From an uncultured Candidatus Saccharibacteria bacterium (GTDB lineage: Bacteria > Patescibacteriota > Minisyncoccia > Minisyncoccales > JAGOPM01): DNA of 64,000 bases. The notes beneath the pieces are model-generated. The model did no database searches and was not told the origin of the DNA. It was given only the letters and a program-made list of their open reading frames with translations. Both the position numbers and the translations under genes were made by a program. Shown here piece after piece: positions 28,808-38,372 of this stretch (positions are counted from its first letter, which is position 1; every line of letters begins with the position of its first letter). The stretch covers positions 10,820-74,819 of the forward strand of contig CAZQSQ010000002.1 in assembly GCA_964596325.1 (NCBI GenBank), in the 5' to 3' direction.

Positions 28808-29545
28808 TTACTTCTTGTTCTGCACCATCTTTTCCAGTTGCTTCTGAGCCAGAAAATATTGGGCGTTTTGATTGGCGTCTTGAAAATTAACAAAAGATGC
28901 GCCCAGTTGCTTGCGGAAAATCAAAGTGGCAATAACGGCTAAAATAAACGGCAGAATGATAAAATCTCCCAAATTGGCAGTCAACCCGGTATTTAAGGCG
29001 CTAGCCTGCACCGGCCCGGTCGTGGTTCCGGCCAAACCCTGCCTCCAAACAAAAGCCGTGGCAGTATCGGCAACCGGCACATGGCTCTTATCGAGCACGA
29101 AAACTGCGATTAATTCGTTTTGTCCATAAACCAAATTTTCATTTTTGCCCACGGTCGCAGTTAAGGTAATAACCTTGGTTTGCCCTTTGGCAATATCGCC
29201 CAAGAAAATCCCTTTCTTCTGGTCATAGGTGACAGCTTTCCCGTCAACCTTGATGTCTTTTTGCATGGTCAGGTTACGGCCCAAAATCGTCTGCACATAC
29301 ACCTGCTTTTGCACTTCTTTAGAAATGTTTTCCACGTCCACGCGGTATTGGAGAGTGTCCTTTGGCGCGGCTTTAACCGCTTCCTGCCAAGGGGCTTGAT
29401 TATTACCCGAGACTTTTATCCAGCTGCCAATGCTAATGGTGGGCGGCTGTTTAGAAACAATGGAATTGCTAGTCGAAGTAGCGCCCAAAGCAGTGCCGGC
29501 CATTAATATCCCCAAAAGCGCGAATAAAAATAAGGTCTTTTTCAT
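28808..29545 (-). CDS. Secreted, C-terminally anchored DUF11-like Ig-fold protein
   Basis: Signal peptide, TLQYRVDVEN, LGDI..GQTK.IT...TV, C-terminal TM. Confidence 0.65.
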   Translation of the reverse strand: MKKTLFLFALLGILMAGTALGATSTSNSIVSKQPPTISIGSWIKVSGNNQAPWQEAVKAAPKDTLQYRVDVENISKEVQKQVYVQTILGRNLTMQKDIKVDGKAVTYDQKKGIFLGDIAKGQTKVITLTATVGKNENLVYGQNELIAVFVLDKSHVPVADTATAFVWRQGLAGTTTGPVQASALNTGLTANLGDFIILPFILAVIATLIFRKQLGASFVNFQDANQNAQYFLAQKQLEKMVQNKK

Positions 29546-29608
29546 ATATTTGTTTTCTGCCCACATAATTGCACAAAACCCATGGCCTGTAAAGGGCGAA
29601 TCGGCCGC

Positions 29609-29630
29609 AAAAAAAGCCCTGAAAAAGGGC
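29609..29630 (-). terminator. Terminator of orphan gene
   Basis: GCCC/GGGC stem with A tract on the plus strand. Confidence 0.5.
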
Positions 29631-29634
29631 GTTA

Positions 29635-30162
29635 TTATGCTTTATTTGCTACTTTGCTTTGGGCACTTTGAAGGATTTTTTTGTAGGTAGGCTTGCATTT
29701 TTTCGGTATCTTGGAAACAACTTCGGGTTTCGAAACAATGCGCATGAAGCTCAAATCATCATAAGAAAAATCTTTGACAAGTTCCAAAATATCCAGACCC
29801 TTGGCAATGGCTTTTTTCATGACCTTGAGGTCTTCGCGAATTTCGTAGACGTATAGGATCAGAGCTTCGGGCCTAATCGCATTTGGCTCGCCCGAAAGTA
29901 TTTTGGTGGTTTGCGGCAGGGGGTAACTGTCAGCCAAGGTTTTGAGCGCTTTATAGCTCTCCTTAAAAGTAATAATCATTTCAATGCAGCGCGAAAGGGT
30001 GATTTTACCCGATTCCAATTCCTTCCGGGCAGCCTTTCTGGCATCAACTCGGCCAAAGCGCAATTTCCAAGTTTGGCTGTTCTCAAAATTCTGCCGATCA
30101 TCCAAATCTCCGGGGCGTAAACTGTCAACCTTGCCCTTCGTCTCCTCCTTACATTCAACCAT
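29635..30162 (-). CDS. Hypothetical protein (orphan)
   Basis: AAGGAGGA SD before ATG 30162; consensus promoter upstream. Confidence 0.65.
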   Translation of the reverse strand: MVECKEETKGKVDSLRPGDLDDRQNFENSQTWKLRFGRVDARKAARKELESGKITLSRCIEMIITFKESYKALKTLADSYPLPQTTKILSGEPNAIRPEALILYVYEIREDLKVMKKAIAKGLDILELVKDFSYDDLSFMRIVSKPEVVSKIPKKCKPTYKKILQSAQSKVANKA

Positions 30163-30216
30163 GATTTTACAATCCTCCTTTAGTAGTGTCGATTTTTTTG
30201 AATAAAGGTACACTAA

Positions 30217-30244
30217 ATTATATCATTATTAAAATATCTGTCAA
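30217..30244 (-). promoter_or_regulatory. Consensus sigma70 promoter
   Basis: TTGACA-16-TATAAT with TGn. Confidence 0.7.
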
Positions 30245-30260
30245 CTCGAAAGTCCCAAAT

Positions 30261-30287
30261 AAAAAACCCGCCCCAAAAGAGGCGGGC
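30261..30287 (-). terminator. Terminator after ferredoxin
   Basis: CCCGCC/GGCGGG stem with U tract on the minus strand. Confidence 0.7.
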
Positions 30288-30303
30288 TCCTTATTTTGTT
30301 GAA

Positions 30304-30522
30304 TTATTTCTCAGTTTTAATGGCCTGCACTGGGCAACCATTAACCGCATCGTCAATTCCATTGATCGGCTCGTCGGAAACCAATTCCTCCCTTCCGGCT
30401 GGGCCTTTTGTGCCTTTAATTAAATGGGATTTGCCATCCGTGCCGATTTCGAAAACCTGGGGGCAGATGGCAGCGCAAGCGCCGCATCCGATACATTTGC
30501 TGGTCTCTAAAATTACCTTCAT
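30304..30522 (-). CDS. Monocluster ferredoxin
   Basis: CIGCGAC...CP..F...CPVQAI. Confidence 0.9.
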   Translation of the reverse strand: MKVILETSKCIGCGACAAICPQVFEIGTDGKSHLIKGTKGPAGREELVSDEPINGIDDAVNGCPVQAIKTEK

Positions 30523-30570
30523 ATTTTTTATTTACTTATTCTACAATTTTTAGGCTTAGCTAGTCAATGA

Positions 30571-31548
30571 TTAAACCGATTTCACAATAACTTTCACTTT
30601 TGTCCACTTTTTGGCAGGATCTTGGAAATTCCACTTGGCACCCATGGTTTTGACATTGGCCGTGGCATTAGCCGTGCCGAATTGCAAACCGTCCACAATA
30701 CTCCCAGTCCGCATATACGCGTATAAAAATCCAGCATTAAAAGAGTCTCCTGCTCCGGTTTTATCAACCACTTTAGCCGGGAGAATCCCCGCCTTATAAA
30801 TGCTTTGCCCATCACAAGCCATGGCACCATCCTTACCTAAAGTCAAAACTGCAAGGCCGCCGGTTAACTTGCAAATCTCCCTAGCCATCTCCTCATATTT
30901 TTTACCGCTTCCGCAAAGCACCTCCGCCTCTTCCTCATTAAGGCTGATGATATCAATGCCTTTGAGAGCCTTTTTATTCTTGGAATAATATTCAGCTTGC
31001 GGCTTACTGGGGTTGGCATAAATCTTTGCCCCATTTTCTTTGGCAAACTTGAAAACCGTCGGCATGATGGTCAGATTTTTGCCCGTCATCGGCCCGACAA
31101 AAATCCATTTGGCCGAAAGGCCGGATAAATCCAAATCTTTTTTGGAAAATTCCGAAGAAGCGCCCCGATAAACCAAGATGGTCCTGTCCACCCCGGGGTG
31201 AATCAACACGATTGATTGATTGGTTGGAACCTTTTTATTCTTTTTTACCAAAGAGACGTCGGCACCATACTTCTTAAGTTCGGTTAAAACATTGTCTCCG
31301 GGCAAATCATCGCCGACCATGCCCGCCCATGCGGTTTTTACGCCAAAAAAGGCCAACGCTGCCGAAACATTACTGCCGCCCCCGCCGGTAAATGACATTA
31401 ACGTCTGGGCGTCAACTTTCGAGCCGAGCCGGAAACAATAAGCGACTTTTAAGTCCGCGACATGGTTATAAACATGATCCTCCTTAAAAAACAGATAAGT
31501 GTCGCGCGTACCCGAACCAATGGCGACTACATCAAATTCTTTGCTCAT
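30571..31548 (-). CDS. PfkB-family carbohydrate kinase
   Basis: GGGGSN, NEEE, TLGKDG, DKTGAGDSF. Confidence 0.92.
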   Translation of the reverse strand: MSKEFDVVAIGSGTRDTYLFFKEDHVYNHVADLKVAYCFRLGSKVDAQTLMSFTGGGGSNVSAALAFFGVKTAWAGMVGDDLPGDNVLTELKKYGADVSLVKKNKKVPTNQSIVLIHPGVDRTILVYRGASSEFSKKDLDLSGLSAKWIFVGPMTGKNLTIMPTVFKFAKENGAKIYANPSKPQAEYYSKNKKALKGIDIISLNEEEAEVLCGSGKKYEEMAREICKLTGGLAVLTLGKDGAMACDGQSIYKAGILPAKVVDKTGAGDSFNAGFLYAYMRTGSIVDGLQFGTANATANVKTMGAKWNFQDPAKKWTKVKVIVKSV

Positions 31549-33935
31549 TTTGTTTGTTTTTGCTTTTGCGATTGCGCCAAAGCATATAAAGTTTTCACCA
31601 CTGCGTCGGGAGACAAGGAAATTGATTTAATCCCCGCCTCAATTAGGAAATCCGCAAAACCCTCAATCGTTGAGGGCGCATCCCCGCAGATACCTACATA
31701 TTTGTTGTTTGTCACGCATTTGTCAACCGCCATCTTAATCAGTTTCTTCACAGCTCCATTGGTTTCATTGCCAATGACAGCCAAACCGCCATTATCACGG
31801 TCCAAACCCAAGGCGCATTGGGTCAAATCATTGGAGCCGATTGAAAAGCCGTCGCAGATCGCCAAAAACTCATCAGCCAACATGACATTGCTGGGTATTT
31901 CGCACATAATATAAACTTTCAAACCGTTTTTGCCGCGGGCCAAATCCGCTTCCTTCATCACTTCCATTACCTTTAGCGCCTCCTCGGGTGTGCGGCAGAA
32001 TGGGATCATGACATGCAGATTGTCCAAGCCGTAAACCTCGCGCACCTTTTTCATGGCCAAACATTCTAATTTGAACGCCTCCTTAAAACGGGGGTCATAA
32101 TAGCGGGAGGCACCGCGCCAACCGATCATGGGGTTTTCTTCCTTGGGTTCAAATAGCTTTCCGCCCAAAAGCGATTCGTATTCATTGGTCTTGAAGTCGG
32201 AAAAGCGCACAATTACTTCGCGCGGGTAAAAGGCCGCGGCAATTTGGCTGACCCCTTCGGCCAATTCGTCGATAAAATACTGGGTTTTGCTCGGATAGCC
32301 GGCCGTGAGCTCGTCTAATTTTTGCTTGATTTGCATATCGGCGATTTTATCATAGTCGACAAGCGCCATAGGATGAGCTTTAATTTTTTCCGCAATAATA
32401 AACTCCTCCCGTGCCAAGCCCACGCCTTCCACTGGCAAATAGGAATATTTGAAAGCGCCGTCGGGCGTGCCGATATTCATGGCAATTTTAACCGGCAGCT
32501 CGGGAATTTCCTTCAAGTCATAACGCTGCATATCAAAAGGCACCTGCCCTTCGTAAACCACACCCTTACGCCCTTGCGAGCAATCAACGGTTATTTCTTT
32601 GCCGCTCGCAAGTTTTTTGGAACCATCTTTAGTCCCGACGATACAGGGCACTCCCAGCTCGCGCGACACAATGGCGGCATGCGAAGTGGTCCCGCCCTCA
32701 TCAGTGACAATCGCCCCGGCGATGCGCATAATCGGCACCCAATCCGGATCAGTCATTTTCGTGACCAAAACCTCCCCTTTCTTAAACTCGGCAATTTTGG
32801 CCACATCTTGAATGATATGCACCTTGCCCTGCCCGATCTTATTACCTACGGCAATTCCCTGAACCAACTCCTTAAAGCCTTGGGGCTTAGTTTTGTATTC
32901 CACAAAATAACGGCCGACTTCCTCCTGGGCATGCACGGTTTCGGGCCTGGCCTGCACAATAAAAAGCTTTCCGGTTTGCCCGTCTTTGGCCCATTCCATA
33001 TCCATGGGCAATTTGTAATGTTCTTCAATTATTATTGCCCACTCCGCGAGCTTCAAGGCCTCATCTTGGGTAAGACAAAACTGTTTCCATTCTTTTTCCG
33101 GCACAGAAACTTCCTTGATGCCGTTATTGCCCGCATAAACATATTTCTGATCTTTACGGCCGAGATTTTTGACAATTAAAGACTTAAAACCTTTTTTGAA
33201 AGTCGGTTTATGCACGATAAAAGTATCCGGCGTAATCCGCCCTTTGACAATCATTTCGCCAATACCATAAATACCATTAATGACCACCACGTCGCGGAAG
33301 CCCGATTCAGTATCCAGGGAAAACATCACGCCCGAGGAAGCCAAATCCGAGCGCACCATTTTCTGTACCAAAACCGAAATGGCCACGCTTAGCTGGTCAA
33401 AGCCCTTTTCGTCGCGGTAAGCGATGGCGCGAGCCGTAAAAAGCGAAGCCATGCAATCCTTGACCGCATTAAGCAGTTGGCTCTCGCCGGAAATGTTGAG
33501 CATAGTTTCGTGCTGACCGGCAAAGCTGGCATTGGGCAAATCTTCGGCCGTGGCCGAGGAGCGCACCGCCACATCGGCATTTTTCAAACCATACTCTTGG
33601 CAAAGTATTTTATAATTTTCCAAAATTTGTTGTTTCAAATCATCAGGAAAACGGCCCCAGCGCACCTTAGCCATCAATTCCCGCGAAGTCTTTTGCAAAA
33701 GGGGAATATTTTTGGCATCAAAATTGGCAAAAGTCTTTTTCAAATGCTCGTCAATTTTATTGTGCGCCAAAAAATACCAAAACGAATCTGAAGTCAAAGC
33801 AAAAGCATTGGGAATGGGCACACCCTTGGCTGAAAGCTGCGAATACATTTCTCCCATCGAGGAATTTTTTCCGCCCACAAGTGCTACGTCTTCGCGGCGT
33901 AGATCTTTTATCCAAATGATTAACTTTTTATCCAT
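31545..33935 (-). CDS. ppsA: Phosphoenolpyruvate synthase
   Basis: VGGKN, VAVRSSATAED, QARPETV, TSHAAIVSRE, SIGSNDLTQ. Confidence 0.96.
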   Translation of the reverse strand: MDKKLIIWIKDLRREDVALVGGKNSSMGEMYSQLSAKGVPIPNAFALTSDSFWYFLAHNKIDEHLKKTFANFDAKNIPLLQKTSRELMAKVRWGRFPDDLKQQILENYKILCQEYGLKNADVAVRSSATAEDLPNASFAGQHETMLNISGESQLLNAVKDCMASLFTARAIAYRDEKGFDQLSVAISVLVQKMVRSDLASSGVMFSLDTESGFRDVVVINGIYGIGEMIVKGRITPDTFIVHKPTFKKGFKSLIVKNLGRKDQKYVYAGNNGIKEVSVPEKEWKQFCLTQDEALKLAEWAIIIEEHYKLPMDMEWAKDGQTGKLFIVQARPETVHAQEEVGRYFVEYKTKPQGFKELVQGIAVGNKIGQGKVHIIQDVAKIAEFKKGEVLVTKMTDPDWVPIMRIAGAIVTDEGGTTSHAAIVSRELGVPCIVGTKDGSKKLASGKEITVDCSQGRKGVVYEGQVPFDMQRYDLKEIPELPVKIAMNIGTPDGAFKYSYLPVEGVGLAREEFIIAEKIKAHPMALVDYDKIADMQIKQKLDELTAGYPSKTQYFIDELAEGVSQIAAAFYPREVIVRFSDFKTNEYESLLGGKLFEPKEENPMIGWRGASRYYDPRFKEAFKLECLAMKKVREVYGLDNLHVMIPFCRTPEEALKVMEVMKEADLARGKNGLKVYIMCEIPSNVMLADEFLAICDGFSIGSNDLTQCALGLDRDNGGLAVIGNETNGAVKKLIKMAVDKCVTNNKYVGICGDAPSTIEGFADFLIEAGIKSISLSPDAVVKTLYALAQSQKQKQTK

Positions 33936-33972
33936 ATTTATTTTCTTCATTATAGCCTGAATTTGTAAAAAC

Positions 33973-34004
33973 AAAAAAGCAGGATTTCAACATCCTGCTT
34001 TTTT
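33973..34004. terminator. Intrinsic terminator
   Basis: AAAAAAGCAGGAT/ATCCTGCTTTTTT. Confidence 0.8.
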
Positions 34005-34012
34005 CGCATTGT

Positions 34013-35215
34013 TTAGTTGCAAGAACCGCTGCTGCTGTCAGTGGTTCCCTCTCCGATTCCGGGACTGGCTACGGTTTTAGCCAAGACTGTCTCGCACTCC
34101 TTGGGCTTAACCGTGAAGGCCGCACAAACCGCTTTCTTAAACTCCTCGGGGGAGCGGTCCACTTGGACTTCTTCGCCATTAATGATGATTGTCGGCGAGC
34201 CTTGGACGTTATACTTCTTATTCAGTTCCTCATAAATCGGGAAAGCTTCAGACTTGTCATTGATATTGTATTTCTTCATTGTCGCCGCAAAGCAGGCGGC
34301 CAATTTAGCCTCATCAACCTGGGCTTGCTTGGCGCAATCTGCATGCTTGTCGGTTTTTACAAAGCAAGAAAGGTATTTGGAAAACTTCTCGGTTTGTTCG
34401 CTGGAAATGCAATACTGCCTGACATTTTGTTCCGCTTCGGTAAAACCATGCATGGTGTAATTCACATAATAAACACCCATGGAAGCCTTGTCTTTAAGTA
34501 AATCGTAAACCGGCAAAAACATTTTTTCCGCCTGTAAGCCGAATGGGCAATACGACATCACAAAAAGCTGCACCTCCGGCTTTGCCGTGGCCTTAACTTG
34601 CACGCTCGCCGCCTCAGTTTTGGTGGCAGCTCCCTTAACCTCGGCCGTTGGCTTGATTGGCTCCAAGGAATTTATGGCCGCGGGAAAAATGTATTTTCCG
34701 TCTTCGCTGACATAAACCAAACCGCGACTTTCTTTGGTTTTGCCGTCTACCAGAGTGATTTCATAAACCCCACCCTCTTTCTTGTATGACTTGAAAGCCA
34801 AATCCGGTAATTGCTCGGATTTAAGCTCGCTATTTATATACTTAACAGTCTTCAGAGCCACCAAATAAGACAACAAAGGCTCGAACTTATTGGTTTTTTC
34901 CGAAACTATTATTTGGGCTTGGCCCGCTGGGGCACAAGAGCAGGCTCCATCTTTAGCCACAGAAATTTTTGTAGTTTCTTGGCTGGCAGGCGCCGTCTCA
35001 TCCTCGGGGGCCTTTTGGGTCTCGCTTGGCAAGTTGCAAGCAGCGTTTTGTTCGCTGTTATTGGCTTGGGCGCGAGCCTCATCTAGGGCTTTTTGCAACC
35101 CTTGGTTGTTGCCATAAAGCGTCAGGAGGAAGATGGCGCTTATTGCCAACAACGAAATCAAGATAACATTTAAGCTAACTTTCCCTTTCGGGCTTTCGTG
35201 TTGCATAACTGTCAT
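34013..35215 (-). CDS. Membrane-anchored thioredoxin/DsbA-fold protein, paralog 1
   Basis: N-terminal TM, DsbC-like DGKYIF segment, FVMSYCPFG, VQGSPT. Confidence 0.75.
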   Translation of the reverse strand: MTVMQHESPKGKVSLNVILISLLAISAIFLLTLYGNNQGLQKALDEARAQANNSEQNAACNLPSETQKAPEDETAPASQETTKISVAKDGACSCAPAGQAQIIVSEKTNKFEPLLSYLVALKTVKYINSELKSEQLPDLAFKSYKKEGGVYEITLVDGKTKESRGLVYVSEDGKYIFPAAINSLEPIKPTAEVKGAATKTEAASVQVKATAKPEVQLFVMSYCPFGLQAEKMFLPVYDLLKDKASMGVYYVNYTMHGFTEAEQNVRQYCISSEQTEKFSKYLSCFVKTDKHADCAKQAQVDEAKLAACFAATMKKYNINDKSEAFPIYEELNKKYNVQGSPTIIINGEEVQVDRSPEEFKKAVCAAFTVKPKECETVLAKTVASPGIGEGTTDSSSGSCN

Positions 35216-36567
35216 TTATTTTTCATCTTTGCTAAAATATTGGCCGCTTTGCGGGGATCGGAGAAATTGGGGATTTTGTTTTCCTCCAAAACATTTATTC
35301 CCGGCAATGTCATCTTGCCCCCTAAAAAGCAGCAAACTATTGGTTTATCCGCATGCCCTTTTGCAGCATGTGCGGTTATGTTAGCATTCTCGATTGGATT
35401 TGTCATTATTTGCATGGTCTGCAAAACTATCAGAGCAGAAATGTCTTTTTGGTCAAGTAAAGCATTTATGGCCGCTTCGTATTTTTGAGCCGTGGCATCA
35501 CCCACAACGTCTACAGGGTTGGCCTTTGACCAGGCCGGATGCATAACACCGGGCGCCTCCAAAATCTTCAGGGTTTTACCGTCTAAATTTGCCAGTTCCA
35601 AACCAAACTCTTGGCAGGCATCAGCCGTTAAAACACCCACCCCGCCGCCATTGGTCACTATCCCGATTTTGCCAGTAAAACGCGGCTGCCAAGCCAAGGC
35701 CTTGCACAAATCCAGCAGCTCTTCCACGCTTTGAGCCTCGATGGCGCCGGCTTTTTGGAATGCGGCCTGATAAATCTTATACTCTCCGGCCAAGGAACCG
35801 GTATGCGTGCTGGCTGCCTTTTTGCCCACCTCTCCTTTGCCGGCTTTGATAACCACGATTGGCTTGCTTTGGCTGACTTCCTGGCAAGCTTTGACGAATT
35901 CCCGGCCGTTGTTAATTCCTTCAATATAAATTCCAATAACTTTTGTTTGCGGGTCTTTGCCGCAGGCCAGAATCAATTCCGACAGATTAATATCGCCCTC
36001 ATTGCCAATGGAGATAATTTTTGAAAAACCGTAATTTTGCGCCAGCGACACATCAATTATCGAGTCAATCATGGCACCACTTTGCGAAATCAAGGCGATT
36101 GCTCCGGCCTTGGGGCTCGCCGGGGCAAATGAAGCATTAAGATTGGCCCAGGGATTAAGAACGCCCAAACAGTTCGGACCCAAAAGCGGAATACCCGCCT
36201 TTTTCAAAGCCGCTACCAAACCTTCTTGAATTTTTTGGCCTTCAGCTCCGGTTTCGGCAAACCCAGCGGAAATTATTATGACCGCTCCAACCTTATTAGT
36301 AATGCATTCGTCGATAATCATGGGCACAATTTTTGCCGGTACTGCAATGACCGCCAAATCAATTACTGCCCCGATATCTGAAAGCGACTTATGCGTCTTG
36401 ATGCCAAAAATTTCCGCCTCATTAGGATTGACAAAATATATCTCCCTGTGTTCCTTCCCTTCAAGGACATTTTTTGCCAAGCCCGAGCCGACTGTATTAG
36501 CCAGGCTGTTGGCCCCGATAATGGCGATGCTTTTTGGTTCAAATAACGCCTGAAAATTTCTGGGCAT
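35212..36567 (-). CDS. ADP-forming acetate--CoA ligase, alpha subunit
   Basis: PKSIAIIGA, GFAETG, GPNCLG, SQSG, HTGSLAG, NPVDV.GDA. Confidence 0.92.
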   Translation of the reverse strand: MPRNFQALFEPKSIAIIGANSLANTVGSGLAKNVLEGKEHREIYFVNPNEAEIFGIKTHKSLSDIGAVIDLAVIAVPAKIVPMIIDECITNKVGAVIIISAGFAETGAEGQKIQEGLVAALKKAGIPLLGPNCLGVLNPWANLNASFAPASPKAGAIALISQSGAMIDSIIDVSLAQNYGFSKIISIGNEGDINLSELILACGKDPQTKVIGIYIEGINNGREFVKACQEVSQSKPIVVIKAGKGEVGKKAASTHTGSLAGEYKIYQAAFQKAGAIEAQSVEELLDLCKALAWQPRFTGKIGIVTNGGGVGVLTADACQEFGLELANLDGKTLKILEAPGVMHPAWSKANPVDVVGDATAQKYEAAINALLDQKDISALIVLQTMQIMTNPIENANITAHAAKGHADKPIVCCFLGGKMTLPGINVLEENKIPNFSDPRKAANILAKMKNK

Positions 36568-36568
36568 A

Positions 36569-37183
36569 TTATTGTAAAATTTTGAAATCCACGGCAATGG
36601 TAGCATGTTTGGCGGCCATGACCGGATTAAAATCAATTTCGGAAATGTTTGTCTCGTTTTCCGCCAACCGGCTGACTTTGCTGATAAAGCCGGCCAGAGC
36701 TTCCAAATCGGCCTGTTCGCCCCCGCGCTCGCCCTGCAATACCGCAAAACCTTTAATTTCCCGTATCATGCCCAACGCCTCCTCCTTGCTGACTGGGCAA
36801 AGCCGAAAGGAAACGTCTTTTAAGATTTCGACAAAAATCCCGCCTAAACCGAACATGATTACCGGCCCAAATTGCCTATCATACTTGACGCCAATGGACA
36901 CTTGGTGCCCGCTTTCCATTTTTTGCACCATTATTTGTTTGGCCTTGCCTTGCAAATCCTTAAAGGCCAGCTCCAACTCAGCAGCGTTTTTAATATTAAT
37001 TTTAACCCCACCAAGTTCCGAGCGGTGCAGAACATCATCGCCCCAAATTTTTGCCACGACCGGATAGCCGATTTTTTGCGCATAGTTTTTGGCTTGGCCA
37101 AAGTCTTCAAATATCTCTGAGGGTGCGACTGGTATTGAATATTTTTCCAACAGCTCCTTGCTCTTTTGAAAATCTAAAAGCAT
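36569..37183 (-). CDS. ADP-forming acetate--CoA ligase, beta subunit (ATP-grasp)
   Basis: IGYPVV.K, HRSELGGV, FGPVIMFGLGGIFVE, EIDFNP. Confidence 0.9.
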   Translation of the reverse strand: MLLDFQKSKELLEKYSIPVAPSEIFEDFGQAKNYAQKIGYPVVAKIWGDDVLHRSELGGVKINIKNAAELELAFKDLQGKAKQIMVQKMESGHQVSIGVKYDRQFGPVIMFGLGGIFVEILKDVSFRLCPVSKEEALGMIREIKGFAVLQGERGGEQADLEALAGFISKVSRLAENETNISEIDFNPVMAAKHATIAVDFKILQ

Positions 37184-37297
37184 ATTGCTTATATTATAGC
37201 AAATGATTAAAAATTTACTAAAAGCCCCTTTTATAAGGGGCAATTTTCTGAAATTTTGACGATTAGCCCTTATTAGCGGCTTTTAAGTACCTTCGCA

Positions 37298-38293
37298 TCA
37301 TGCTTCGGCGGCTCGAAGACAAAATTCTCCCAACCTGCAAGAATATGCCCACTCATTATCATACCAAGCGACAACCTTTACCAGATTCCCGCTAGCCATA
37401 GTTAAAGGTGCATCTAAAATCGAGGAATAAGTATCGCCTTTGAAGTCCATGGAAACCAATTGCTCTTCGCTGACGCGGAAAACACCTTTAATTTCATTGG
37501 CCTTAAAAACATCATTGAGCTCTTCCTTGGTCGTCTCCTTTTTAAGAGTGCAAACAAAATCAACTATGGAAACCGTGGGCGTGGGCACACGCAAAGAAAG
37601 GCCATCAAGCTTGCCGGATTTTTCGCCCAAAACTTTGCCAACCGTTTTGGCGGCACCTGTGCTGGTGGGAATAATATTCAAACCGGCAGCGCGGGCACGG
37701 CGCAAATCCTTGTGCGGCAAATCCAATATATTCTGGTCGTTGGTATAGCTGTGGACCGTGGTCATAAACCCTTTCTCGATGCCAAAATTATCCGCGAGGA
37801 TTTTGACAACGGGAGCCAAACAATTCGTGGTGCAAGAACCCATATCAATAACATCATCAGAGCAACCGGCTAAATCCTGGTCATTGATTCCAATAACAAA
37901 TGATTTTACTTTATCGGGCGTTTTTGACGGCGCCGACAAGATAACCCTTTTAGCTCCGGCTTCGATGTGCTTATGCGCGTCTTCGTATTTGGTGAAAGCG
38001 CCAGTGCACTCCAAAACAACATCGACTCCCAGCTCCTTCCACGGCAATTTAGTGGGATCTTTTTCGGAAAGGAGTTTTATTTCTTTCCCGTCTATCACCA
38101 TCGCCCCCTCCTTTTCTTCGACTTCGAAGCCGCAATAGCCATACGAAGAATCATATTGGAGAAGGTGCACCAAAGTGTGGTTATCAGTGAGGTCGTTGAT
38201 GGCCACTACTTCGATTTGCGGGATATTTTTGATGATATTACGGAAAGTTAAACGGCCAATTCTCCCAAAGCCGTTGATTGCAATTTTTGGCAT
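37298..38293 (-). CDS. gap: Type I glyceraldehyde-3-phosphate dehydrogenase
   Basis: INGFGRIGR, SCTTNCLAP, WYDNEW. Confidence 0.97.
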   Translation of the reverse strand: MPKIAINGFGRIGRLTFRNIIKNIPQIEVVAINDLTDNHTLVHLLQYDSSYGYCGFEVEEKEGAMVIDGKEIKLLSEKDPTKLPWKELGVDVVLECTGAFTKYEDAHKHIEAGAKRVILSAPSKTPDKVKSFVIGINDQDLAGCSDDVIDMGSCTTNCLAPVVKILADNFGIEKGFMTTVHSYTNDQNILDLPHKDLRRARAAGLNIIPTSTGAAKTVGKVLGEKSGKLDGLSLRVPTPTVSIVDFVCTLKKETTKEELNDVFKANEIKGVFRVSEEQLVSMDFKGDTYSSILDAPLTMASGNLVKVVAWYDNEWAYSCRLGEFCLRAAEA

Positions 38294-38372
38294 AGTATTT
38301 ATTTCAAACAAATTATAGCAAATGCGTTCTAAAAAGCAAAAACCTCCGCTCGCGCGGAGGTTTAAGAAAAAA

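Noticed and set aside
32322-33179. Long antisense ORFs (285 aa here; also 20487, 26653, 42635, 50640)
   Set aside because: Shadow frames opposite well-conserved genes, with no recognisable motifs.
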